Positions 12,889 through 24,700 of a stretch of DNA of 64,000 bases are shown in pieces. This DNA comes from Heteronotia binoei (Eukaryota). A program made the position numbers and the translations under genes. The notes under the pieces are model-generated. The model was not told the origin of the DNA, did no database searches, and saw nothing but the letters and a program-made list of their open reading frames with translations. The number at the start of each line of letters is the position of its first letter. The first letter of the stretch is position 1. The stretch is from positions 61,752,001 through 61,816,000 of the forward strand of contig NC_083226.1 in the NCBI RefSeq assembly GCF_032191835.1, written 5' to 3'.

Positions 12889-13632
12889 CTGTAAAACAAT
12901 ATGGTCAAATTAAGAAAATTAGAAAAATATACAAAAATGTAAAATATGGTATACTTGGAATATTTTATGTCTAACTTGGATATGCGGAAAACGCAACATG
13001 AGATGGACTGACTCAATAAAAGAAGCCGCATCCTTCAGCTTGTGAGTCCTGAGCAAGGTTATTAATGATAGGCCATTTGGAGGTCATTAGTTTACAGGGC
13101 CACCGTAAGTCAGAAGTGACTTGGCTGCATATAACACACACAGTTTAGACCTAAGTATGGGCATTACACATATCATTAATATATTTTGGACAATTAATTG
13201 CTTCTTTAGGGTGGGATGAATGCAGAATTCTACTTGTAAAGTAATATAGTATAGCATATTTTTAGAGTTCTATAGAGAGTCTAAAGAATGAAAATAAGGA
13301 TAAACAGGTTGCTTACCTGTAACTGATGATCTTTGAGTGGTCATCTGTGAATTCACACTGATGGGATATAGTGCACCTGCACCGATCCAGACTGGTAATT
13401 CTAAAGCCTAGAAAAAAAGATTTTCCCACCCTTCCCAGTCAGCAAGCGCAGCGCCTCCCCCGCACATGCCCACTGGAACAGGCATGAGGATCCTGCCAAG
13501 TTCTTTCTGACACTATAAGGCCAGAATAAGGATAATCAGTAGTGGGGAAGGAGAGTGGGTAGCGTGAATGCACAGATGACTACTTGAAGATCATCAGTTA
13601 CAGGTAAACAACCTGTTTATCTTCTTCAAGAG

Positions 13633-14248
13633 CTTGGGGATACTACTGGAGCCTGTCCTGTCAATGGAGGCCCAGATAGCAGCCACTGCTAAATCTGCTT
13701 TTTTTCATCTTATGCGGGCGAAGCAGTTGGTCCCCTTCCTGGACCGCGACAACCTGGCAACAGTGATCCATGCAACAGTCACCTTGAGATTGGACTACTG
13801 TAATGCCCTCTACATGGGGCTGCCTCTGTGCCGAACCCAGAAACTACAGCTAGTGCAGAACGCAGCAGCCAGGCTGTTATTGGAGCTTCCTAGATGGGAG
13901 CACATACAGTCAGGGCTGCGGGAACTGCACTGGCTGCCAATAGTGTAATGGATAAGTTACAAGGTGCTGGTTATGACCTTTAAAGCCCTATATGGCCGAG
14001 GACCTGCCTACCTTAGGGACCATCTCTCCCAATATATTCCCCAGAGGCTACTGTAACCTGGCTCACAAAATCTATTGGTAATCCCCGGGCTGAGGGAGGC
14101 CAAACTGAAAGTCACCAGAGAAAGGGCCTTCTTGATTGTAGTCCCCCACTGGTGGAACCAATTGCCGGAGGAGGTGCGGACCTTGCAGAGCCTTGCCCAG
14201 TTCTGCAGGGCCTGCAAGACTACTCTTTTCCAGCTGTCCTATACTTAA
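13633..14248 (+). mobile_element. L2-clade LINE ORF2 C-terminal fragment inside DIRS copy 2
   Basis: RLDYCNALYMGLPL...LQLVQNAAARLL...LHWLP; homologous to 59519-59917. Confidence 0.85.
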
Positions 14249-15634
14249 GAAGGAATCTATTGTAGAAGGAACTGTGATGAAGAAGGTGGCCTTCGTGTGC
14301 CAACAAGAGGTCGAGTTCCAATGGGAAGTGATGGAACGTTCTTTTGGATAGGTGGAAGAGGGACAGAAACAAGGTTGCCTCGGAAACCAAAGGGTGATCA
14401 GAATCCCGATAGGTCTCTGTATCTGTACCCTGGCAACTCCCTGGTCAAAAGTGGTACTGGAGGGAACAAGAATAGATGCTTCCTGTGCCATGGGGATAGT
14501 AGACCGTCTCCCAACGAGGCTGGGTCGCATCCTCCTCTGGAACGGAACTTCAGATATTTCTTGTTGTCTCTGGCAGCCAACACATCGATGTCAGGGTGAT
14601 CCCACCTTTCGAAGAGTGGTCTGAGATACTTCCAGTTGATTTCCCACTTGTGGAAGGAGGAGCTCCCTCTGCTCAGAGTATCCGCCATGGTGTTCTGAGC
14701 ACCCAAGTGAGTGGCTACTGGATATCTGTCCCAGTGGAGGCAGTCCTCCCAGAGATGCTGAGCACTAATTGGCAGAGTCTGAGTGATACTGTGCCCCCCT
14801 GTTTGTTCATATAATATAGCGCTGTGATGTTGTCTGTCAGGAAGGAGACCACTCGTCCCCTAAAGATGGTGGAAGGAATGCAGAGCATACTTGATTGCTA
14901 ACAATTCAAGGTAGTGCATTGCATGGTGATTCAATAGCTGTGGTTCCCAAAAAGCTCCTGTGTGCAAGTTGCCGATGCGGACTCCCCAGCCTCACAGGGA
15001 GGCATCTGTGGTGACTGTGAGTGAGGAAACAGGAAGTTGGAATGGTGCTTCCCTTGTTAGATTGTGTTCTTGTTCCTACCATGTGAGGGAATTCAGCACA
15101 TCTGAGGGTAGATTCAACCGTTGGGACTGGTGTTGTCTGGCAGGTTTGAAGGTTCATACAAACCACAGCTGCAGTGGTCTCATATGAAGGCAGGCGTGGA
15201 GAAGCACCGCTATGGTTGCTGCCATGAGGCCTAACAAATGCTGTATCTGTAGTGTTGAGGCATCGCCCTGGCTGCAGATGGTTGTGATCAGTGTGATCAG
15301 AGTGTGTATTCTCTCCTGGGAGAGAAATGCTCTGCATCCAGAGAAATGCTCTGCATCCAGAATGAATGAATTGCTCCAATGAATTGCACCTGGGTGGATG
15401 GAATGAGATGAGACTTCTTGTCATTGGAGCCCCAACGAAGAGAAGAGACATTATGGTGGCTAAATTGTATTGCAGAGTTGCGGCCGAGTATGCCACCACC
15501 AGCCAATCATCTATATTTGGGAAAATTAGGGTCCCCTGTAGCTGCAATGACCACCAGAGTTTTCGTGAACACATGGGGAGCTGTCGAGATGCCAAATGGA
15601 AGTGCCTTGTACTGAAAATGGAGATTCCTTACGA

Positions 15635-15769
15635 CAGGGGTGGCCAATGGTAGCTCTCCAGATGTTTTTTTCCCTACAACTCCCATCAGCCCCAGCCAGC
15701 ATGGCCAATGGCTGGGGCTGATGGGAGTTGTAGGCAAAAAACATCTAGAGCTACCATTGGCCACCCCTG
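15635..15769. mobile_element. hAT MITE (~135 bp, near-perfect palindrome) inside the DIRS copy 2 RT
   Basis: caggggtggccaatggtagctctccagatg ... catctagagctaccattggccacccctg; TSD degenerate (ccttacga/ccctatgg). Confidence 0.88.
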
Positions 15770-17302
15770 CCCTATGGCAAATCAGAGGTATGAGCGAGAC
15801 TGTAGGTGGATCGTCAGGTGGAAGTATGCATCCTTTAGGTCTAGTGTTTCAATACAGGCATCCTCCCACAGGAGGGTAAAGATGTGTTGCAGTGATGTCA
15901 TATGGGATTTCTTGTATACTATGAACTGGTTGAGATTTCTGAGATCCAGAATAGGTCAAAGTCCCCCGTCCTTCTTGGGGACGGTAAAGTATCGGGAATA
16001 GAAGCCAGAAGGGTGAGGGGTGGGAGTGACCTGTTCAATAACATGTTTTGACAGAAGACTGTCTACTTCTTGTGGGAGAATGTTGGATGGAGATGTTACC
16101 ATGAGACACGATTGAGGAGTTTCAAGGAACTCGATCTGACAGCCCTGTTCTATGATGGACAGGACCCATCTGTTGGAGGTTATTTTTTTCCACGCAGGTA
16201 AGTAGGGGTGGAGTTGGGTGGGTTGGGTTGAAGATGGGTTCATCTGGTGGGAGTCAAAAGTCCCTACTTGGGTGTTTTGCTCCCCTTGTTCTTGGATTGT
16301 TGTTGTTGAGGAGAGAATTTATGTTTGCCCGCATATGAAGGCCTGGAGTGGCTCTGTTGGGAATGTGGCGACCAGGTTTGCTCTGGGGAAGATTTGGAGA
16401 ACAAGTCTTGGTTCAGGACTTTTGTTTAGGATGGGAGGAAGTGGAGACTCCCAGGTTCCTAGATGTCTTAATGCTTTTGTCTAGATCCTGGAGGAACATG
16501 TTTGTAGTGGAGTTGAATAGGCTGTCCCCTTCAAATGGAATATCCTCTATCCAGGCTCTTGTATTGATTGTATGGTTGGGTTGTAACATGTAGCCATGCA
16601 TGTCGGCAGAGTGTGACAGCTGTGGTCAGTGTCTTGGTAAAAACATGCACTGGATGCTTTGCTGCATTCACCTAGTGTTGGGCAACTAGCATACCCTCCC
16701 TTTCGGAGGTGTTTTATTTCTAGTGCCTTGTTATCAGGCAGTAACGACAGTCATTTTCTCCCAAAGGGCATACTGGTATCATGCCATACACGCCTTGTAA
16801 TTAGCCATCTTGATTCCCAGGGCTCCAACGGAGTATACCTTGCAACCTATGGAGTTGAGTTTTTTTCCTTCCTTATCAGGAGGCGTGGAGTGTGTGCGTT
16901 TACTCTTTGATGAGGATGATACTACAACTGAGTTGGGCTTGGGATGGTTGAAAAGGAACCCCACATCCATCTCCTGAGTCTTGTACATGAGATTGGTATA
17001 TCGAGTGGAGATCGGGGTGGAAGCTGGTTTGGGCCATAGGGCCTTTGCTGCCTGAAGAACAGAGGTCATGGGTTGTGCCACCAATGTGCTGTTTCAAACA
17101 ATTTTATTAGTAACATATGGTAATAAATTTCAATTTCTTACATCATTAATAATTACTTTTTTAAATCTATCCCATATATTACTTTCTGCCCACCCCTCCC
17201 CCCGTTACTTGACCCCCGCCGGTGCTATATACTTAAAATCTTAATATTAAAGGTACCCTTAATTAATAAGAACCAAAATTAATATCCTCCTCCCTCTTGT
17301 AC

Positions 17303-20300
17303 TTAGTCATTATCAAAAATGGTCCAATGTCCTTTTATTTTCCACTCTTTTTCTACGTATCTTCTGAATTTTTTCCACTCCATCTTAAATACTTCTAAAT
17401 CATAGTCTCTTAAGGTTCTTGTTTACTTGTCCATTTCACTCCATGTCATAACTTTTACAATCCAATCCCATTTCTCTGGTATTTTTTTTTTTGCTTCCAC
17501 AACTGCGCATACAATGTCCTAGCAGCTAAGAGCAAGTACCAGATTAAAGTTCTATCTTCTTTTGGAAATTTTTCCATTTGTAATCCCAACAGAAAAGTCT
17601 CTGCAACTTTGTTAAATTCGTATCCCAAGATCTTAGAAATCTCTTGTTGAATCATCTGCCAATACTTTTTCGCTCTTTCACAAGTCTACCATATATGGTA
17701 GAAAGATTCATGTTTTTTACATTTCCAACATTTATCTGGCATCTTATTGTTCATCTTTGCCAACTTTTTAGGAGTCATATACCATCTGTACATCATTTTA
17801 AAAGAATTTTCTTTAATACTCTGACATAGAGTTCTTTCACAAATATTCCCATGTGTCCATCTGTATTTCTTTATTTACATTAATTGCCCACTTAATCATT
17901 TGAGATTTCACTACTTCATCTTTCGTAGACCATTTTAAAAGTAACATAGATTTTTGAAATTAATTTTTCATTATCTCCAAGCAGAACTTTTTCCATTTCT
18001 GTTTGTTCTCACTTTCTACCAAACTCTTTATTTGTTGCATTTGAAACCAATCATATTTATAATTCAGCTCCTCAGCAGTTTTCAACTCTATTTTACCTCT
18101 TTGTATTTTTAGTAGTTGATTGTATGACATCCATTTTCCCTCTCCTGACTCAGCTGTTATTTTTATTACTTCTGCTGGCACTATCCATAGTGGTTTTCTC
18201 TCATTGCCATATTTCTTATACTTCATCCAAATATTTAGCAGATTATTTCTTATGTAATGGTGACAGAAAAAAACATCCATCTTTTTCTTCCCATAGTACA
18301 TATAAGCGTGCCAGCTGAATTTATTTCCATGACCTTCCAATGTTAAAAGTTTTTTATTCAATAACGTCACCCAATTTTTTATCCACACTAAACAAACTGC
18401 TTCATGATATAATCTTAAATCTGGTAATTGGAATCCTCCTCTTTCTTTAGCGTCTATTAAACCTTTCATTTTAATCCATGGTTTCTTTCCAGCCCATATA
18501 AATTCTGAAATCTTTCTTTGCCATTTATTAAATTGTTTACTGTCTTTCACAATCGGAATAGTTTGAAATAAATACATTATTCTCAGCAAAATGTTCATCT
18601 TAATTGCAGCTATTCTACCAATCAATGATAAATTAAGCTTGCTCCACTTTTATCATATCTTCATCCATTTTACGCCATAACTCTTCATAATTATTTTTAA
18701 ACAGATCAATGTTTTTCATTGTTATTTCCACACCCAAATATTTCACTTTAGAGGTAACTTCACATCCCATTAACCTCTGCAATTCCTTTTGTTTATCTAC
18801 TTGCATATTTTTACATAAAAGTTTTGATTTTTCTTTATTAACATAAAGTCCCGCCAATTCTCCAAAATCTTGTATTTTAGCTAACAAAGGTGTAACTTAT
18901 GTAGGATTTTCATTTATAGACATTAAATCATCTGCAAATGCTCTATATTTATAGGTAAATCCTTTAATTCTCATTCCTTCTATTTCTTCATCGTCTTATA
19001 TTTGCATCAATAAGATTTCAAGAGTCATTATAAACAACAATGGTGAAAGTGGACAACCTTGTCTTGTACCTTTGCTGATTATCATATCATCTGTAAGATC
19101 TGCATTTATACATAGCCTTGCACGTTGTTCAGTATATATTGCCTTTATCATTTTTATAAAGTTTTCTCCCAACTTTATTTTTTCCATTACTGCAAACACA
19201 AAGTCCCAGTTCAAATTGTCAAAAGCTTTCTCTGCATCCACAAAAAATAATGCAACTTTCTTCTCTGGATGTCTTTCATAATATTCTACAATATTTACAA
19301 CAGTTCTAATATTGTCTCTTATTTGCCTTTTAGGGAGAAAACCCGCTTGATCTTCCTTTATAAAATTTATTAAATATTGTTTAAGCCGTTCTGCCAAGAT
19401 TCTTGTGTATATCTTATAATCATTATTTAATAACGAAATTGGTCTATAATTCTTTACATTCGTGACATCTCTTTCTTCATTTGGAATCAACGAAATTACA
19501 GCTTCTTTCCATGTATTTGGTATTTTCCCATTTAATCTTATCGCATTCATCAATTTTCGAAGTTTCGGTACTAATTCTTCTTTAAGCTTTTTAAAAAAAA
19601 TTGCTGTATATCCATCTGGTCCAGGTGCCTTTCAAATTTTCATTATATTAATTGCTACATCAATTTCTATTTTTTCAATTGGATCATTCAAATTTTTTTC
19701 CATATATTCAGTTAAGGGTGCTATTTTGATCTTTTGCAAATATGCTTCGATCCTTTCTTTCTTTACTTTAACACCCTTAAATAATTTAGCATAATACTTA
19801 AAAAATTCTCTCTTCATTCCTTCTTGATCTACCATCTCTTTTCCATCAGCCACAATTTTATTAATAATTTTACTTTCTCTCTTTTTCTTCAATTGCCAGG
19901 CCAGGTACTTTCCAGGTTTGTTTGCTCCCTCAAAAGATTTCTGTTGTAATTTTTTCAAATTCCATTCAATTTCCTTATTTAACAAATGTCTCATTTGTGT
20001 TTGTAATATTGTAATCCCCCTTATAATTTTCTTTTTTCCTGGCCTTTTTCTTAATTCACCTTTTTTCTTAATTTCATTTTGAATGTTCAACATCTGTTTA
20101 TCTTTTGTTCTCTTATCTTTATTATTCAATGTTATTAATATTCCTCTCATTACTGCCTTGTAGGCATCCCATACCATCTGAAATTCTATATCTTCTCTAT
20201 CATTGACTTGGAAGTAAGCTTTAGTTTCCTTTTCTAAAGATGTCATTATTTCTTTATGTTTTAGTAAATTTTCATTTAATCTCCATCTCGAATTTTTAGA

Positions 20301-21006
20301 CAATTTTGTAATCCACGTTATTGTGTAATGGTCAGCTCCTATTTTGGGTAAAATCTCTATTTTCTTTGTTATAAGTCCCAAATCTTTGGTACCCCACAAC
20401 ATGTCAATTTTAGAAAAAGAATTATGTCTGGCTGAAAAAAAGGTATAGTCCTGTACTTCAGGAACTTCCTCCATATATCCTCCAAATTCTCTTGTTTAAC
20501 CAGCTCAAAAAAAGACTGGCAATTTCCCTTTGTTATCGATTTTTTTCTTCCCAGATCTATCTATTGTGTTTTGAATTGTTCCATTAAAGTCCCCCATCAA
20601 CAAAATTTGCCCATAGGTCACTTCATCAAGATGTTGTGTAATATTTTTAAAGAAAATGTCCTTTGCACCATTTGGAGCATAAAGCCCCAACAATAAAGTT
20701 TTTTTTAGCATTCAATGTAATTTCCACCGCTATATACCTTCCATCTATATCTTTAAAAACCAATTTCGGATCTAATTCTTTTTTAATATAAAAAATTACT
20801 CCTCTCTTCTTCTGTTCAGCCAATGTATAAAATTCTAGTCCCAGTTGCTTATTCCATAAAAATTTATAATCCTTTTGTCTAATGTGCACTTCTTGTAAAC
20901 AAACTATATTACAATTTTGTTTTTTTATCCAATGAAATGTTGCCCTTCTTTTTTGTGGTGAATTTAGTCCATTTACATTCCAAGATATCAATTTGTAATC
21001 CATCAT
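17303..21006 (-). pseudogene. L1 ORF2p (APE endonuclease, RT, C-terminal Cys/His), frameshifted
   Basis: KLISWNVNGLNSP, LMGDFNG, SKIDMLWG, NYRPISLLNNDYKI, DAEKAFD, GTRQGCPLSPLLF, AFADDL. Confidence 0.93.
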
Positions 21007-21739
21007 GGTGCAAATTCTTTATTTTCTCCATAGAATCTACGCAATTCCTGTGTGTTTGTAATTGTAATCCTTTTCCCTTGAAGTTCAAAGCTCAAACCTT
21101 CAGGTATTATCCATCTGTATCTCATTCCATTGTCGCGTAATTTTTCTGTTAGTTTTTTATATAAATTCCTGTCAGTTAACACTTGTCTTGGCAACTCTTC
21201 CATAATTCTTATTCTACTACCTCCCACTGTCAATGTCTTTTCAAAAATTTTATTTATGATTTTTCCCACCATTTCTTTTGTCATAAATCTTATGACCACA
21301 TCTCTTGGCAGATTGTTCTTTTTTGCATAGAGTGAATTCACTCTATACATATAGTCATACATATTTCTATTCCCTTCAGGATCTTCCTCCAAAAATTCTG
21401 CAATTATTTTTATTATGTATTCTTTCAAATCAGATTCTTCATCTGGTACACCTCTCAGATGAATCTGTGTCTCCATCAACTTGCAGTCATGTATTATCAC
21501 CTTTTCTTGTAATTTTAACAAGGTGGAATCATGTGTTTTCACTCTCTCTTCCAGCTCTTGTACTTTTTTTGAGATTCTCTATTTCTTTTTTTGAGTCCTC
21601 AATATCCTTTCTTATTTTTTTTAGAGGCAGTTATCATTTCTTTCACCCCCTTCATTATCCTGGCTTCCATTGCATCTAATTGGGTTTGCATTTTCTCCAT
21701 TGAAGCAGACCTAGCCCAAATTTGCTTCGGGTCTGACAT
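21003..21739 (-). pseudogene. L1 ORF1p (frameshifted)
   Basis: ATG at 21739 (MSDPKQIW); C-terminal RRM/CTD-like RGVPDEESDL...LPRDVVIRF...MRYRWIIPEGLSF. Confidence 0.8.
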
Positions 21740-24451
21740 GTAAAAAAGATTGAAATTTTTTATCTCACCAAATTAAATTTGGACCATCAGATTTAATAGA
21801 GTGAAGCTTGCCCTTTCCAATGAACCCAATTTCGCTGTCCTCTGAGCCTCCCAGGCTCAGATATTAAGGTTTAAAAGTTTTTATTTTTCCCAAAATGGCG
21901 GTCGCAACTTTTGCTTCACTTTAAAAAAATTTTTCTTCTTTTCCCTTTAACCAATTCAAATCTTCTTCACCACTATCCAATAGTCCTTATTTTATAATTG
22001 CCAACTCAGTTGACTCCACCAATTTTTATTGTCCCAGTCACTTAAAAACGTTGTTAAAACTTTGTCCTCCCAGCAATGGCCGCCGATGTTTCTCTCTGAT
22101 ATCATAATCCTAGAATAGGCTGTTTACTTCTCTGACTTCCTTCTTCTTTCTCTGGTACTTCCTGCTTTTCCTGCTACCAAGTCTCGTTTTGCTGGTAGAG
22201 AAATCTCACAATATCTGACGTACTTCCTGTGTTGACTATGAGCTGCAGATCTATGACGATGGGGCTACCTCCTCAACCGCAGATAGACTAAACAATAAAT
22301 TCCTTTCTCCTTTTAGCAAAGTTCAAATTTAGCCCCTTTTCTCCTCCTCCTTTCAGGCTTCCATTATTTCCAACTCCCACCTTTTAATTTTGTTTTGTTT
22401 AGCTTTAGTTAGTCCCAGAGTGAAAAGATAGTAATCAGTACTTTTTTTTTGTATATCCAGATCAACACCAGTCTTTTGTAAATTAGATGTTTAAAGTTGT
22501 AAAAGAAGATTCGGATACTGTCAAGCTTATGTCAAATAAATGACTCTGGAAACTTCTGCAGATGATGGATATGCAACTTCTCTCCGGAGATCCCTCAAAG
22601 CCTCAAAGAAGCGCCCCCCCCCCCAGTACTTCCTTTCAGCCAAGGTAAGTCTCCTCAAAGTATCTGTGCATATCTTGGACAATTCTCCAGCTGAGAAAAG
22701 TAGGCAGTAGGCATTAATTTGCCTTTTACTACCCTGAACAGAAGTGCCAACTTGCCCCCGTTAAGGAAAGCAGCTCAGCTCGCCATTTTCCGATCCCGGA
22801 AGTCCCGGTAGTGCACCAATGTGGATGCATCCCTTTGCACAATGTCGAAGACAGTGTCTGTGACTATAGGCTGGGGTTGATGACTATAGGCTGGTAGCAA
22901 CAGGGAATGTGCCATACGCTTAACAAAATCCCCACAGGCTCTGAGGTCTTCACAGGGAGGTACAGGGGAATCTTCTCCAAGCTGTTGAGGAGAAGGTTCT
23001 GTGTCAGAGTCCTGAAGGTCCGGTTGGTCAGAGTCGACTTTGGAGTGGGATGAGGAGGAGTCCCACTCCAACAGCTGTTGCGGTATGTCAGGTGTCTTCA
23101 GTCTCAAAGGCTGAGATTGAAGAGGAGTGCGTTTTGGCGCTGAATCATCTAGTTTTTCTGCCTGTCGTTTGGGTGCTGGTGGGTCCAGGATACAGTGTGT
23201 TTCCCGATGGCATGAATGGCAGGATGCCACTGAGCAAGTGTCCCAGTCTGGTGATGGGCGATGGAGTCAGGGAAAGGAAGATGGCATTGGGTAAGTGCCA
23301 TAGTGATATTTCCACTGTCTTTGATCCCATGGTATTGAAGGTGGAGGTGGTGGTAGACCTCGATCAACTGGGAGCTTCGACATGGAGTTCTCAATCAGTG
23401 TGAGCCATCGAGGTGGAGGCAGTGGAGATGTATTCCCATGATCCGGTGGATTTTGTCGATTCGAAGGGCTCGGCTTAGTGTCTGATGATGGGGAGTGAGA
23501 TGTATGCTTAGTTAGATGAATCTCGAAATGCGACGTGTCTTGGGTCGGTTTTTGCAGAGGTGTTTGTCGAATTGGTGAAGCAAGTAATTTCAGTGGTGGA
23601 ACCTTGCTGGGCTCTACTACCTGTAGGGGTGTAGATAGTTGCTCCATATGTTCTCAAGGGCTCTTAAGAGTCTTTCTTATGTTTTTTGCCTTTGTCCCTC
23701 TTGGGCTCTTTACCCTTCCTGCATTTCTTAGCAGGAGTGGAGGTATCTGAGTCAGATGCCAGGGCATTTCAGCACTGACCGTTCGGCTTTGGATCAAGAT
23801 GGAACAGTGGGAGTCGATGTGGAAGGCGCTGATGTCAACATGTGTCCCAAATCAGTCTGTGACTGCAACCTTGGAGCAGTGAGTGCTGACTCCAAGGGCT
23901 ATGTGGAGTCTAACAGCATGATTTTTTTGAGTCTGTTTAGAGAATTTAGCACAGTGCGTGCAGGTCTCTGTCCAGTGACCCTCCCCCACGCAGAGTAAGC
24001 AAAGGTCATGGCCATTGGGTGGAGCATTTTGCTTCTGCACCTCTTGCAGTGCTTAAAGCACCCCCAATATCTTTCCATATGCTACTTAGTGTAGGGTTCA
24101 CAATTCCCAGGGGGAAAGGGTGGGGATCTCCTCCTGCGAGGGGAAAGGGGGTGGAGGAAAAACTCATGCACTATTAAGCGAATGCCCGTTTGCTTGCAGG
24201 TAAAGATGAAAAAGGTGAAGAAGCGGTGGTGAAAAGTTAATGAAAAGGTAAGTACTGACGAAAAACAGGAGGAAGATCCTATCCGTGCGATGGTCAGAAA
24301 GGAACTGGCAGGATCCTCATGCCCATCCCAGTGGGCATGCACGGGAGAGGCGCCACACGCATGCCAACTGCGAAGGGCATGAAAATCCTTAGAAGGGGTG
24401 GCACTTAGAGGAGGGCAGGGAGCTGTTCCTGTTGGCACCAGAGGAATGGAC

Positions 24452-24700
24452 TCACAATAAGGCTTAAAATTAAGGGTGGGAAGGTACCAGCTGGATATTA
24501 GGAAAAACTTTTTTATATTAAGAGTTGTTGAACAGTGGAATCAGCTACCTAGTGAGGTGGTGAGCTCCCCCTCACTGGCAGTCTTTAAACAGTGGCTGGA
24601 CAAACACTTGTCAGGGATGCTCTAGGCTGATCCTGCATTGAACAGGGGTTTGGACTAGATGGCCTGTGCAGCCCCTTCCAACTCTGATTCTATGAATCTA
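24452..24700 (+). mobile_element. CR1 LINE 3' end
   Basis: gatattaggaaaaac...cagtggaatcagctacct...ggactagatggcc...ccttccaactc followed by (attctatg)-type tail. Confidence 0.85.

Larger units (their letters stand above)
17089..22813 (-). mobile_element. Full-length L1-clade LINE (5.7 kb) nested in the DIRS copy 2 gag
   Basis: 10-bp TSD caccaatgtg (17079-17088, 22814-22823); 5' end gacttccggg...aaaatggcg (YY1-like); ~1.07-kb 5'UTR; ORF1, ORF2; 3' aataaaattgtttgaaac. Confidence 0.93.
13305..24390 (-). mobile_element. DIRS1-type retrotransposon, copy 2, disrupted by L2, MITE and L1 insertions; YR lost
   Basis: Terminal/ICR hairpin 13305-13358 with 13564-13615; right ITR ~13440-13520 matches left ITR ~24285-24370; MT 14270-14706, RT 15500-16243, gag 16413-17088 continuing at 22814-24080 across the L1 TSD. 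Confidence 0.9.
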
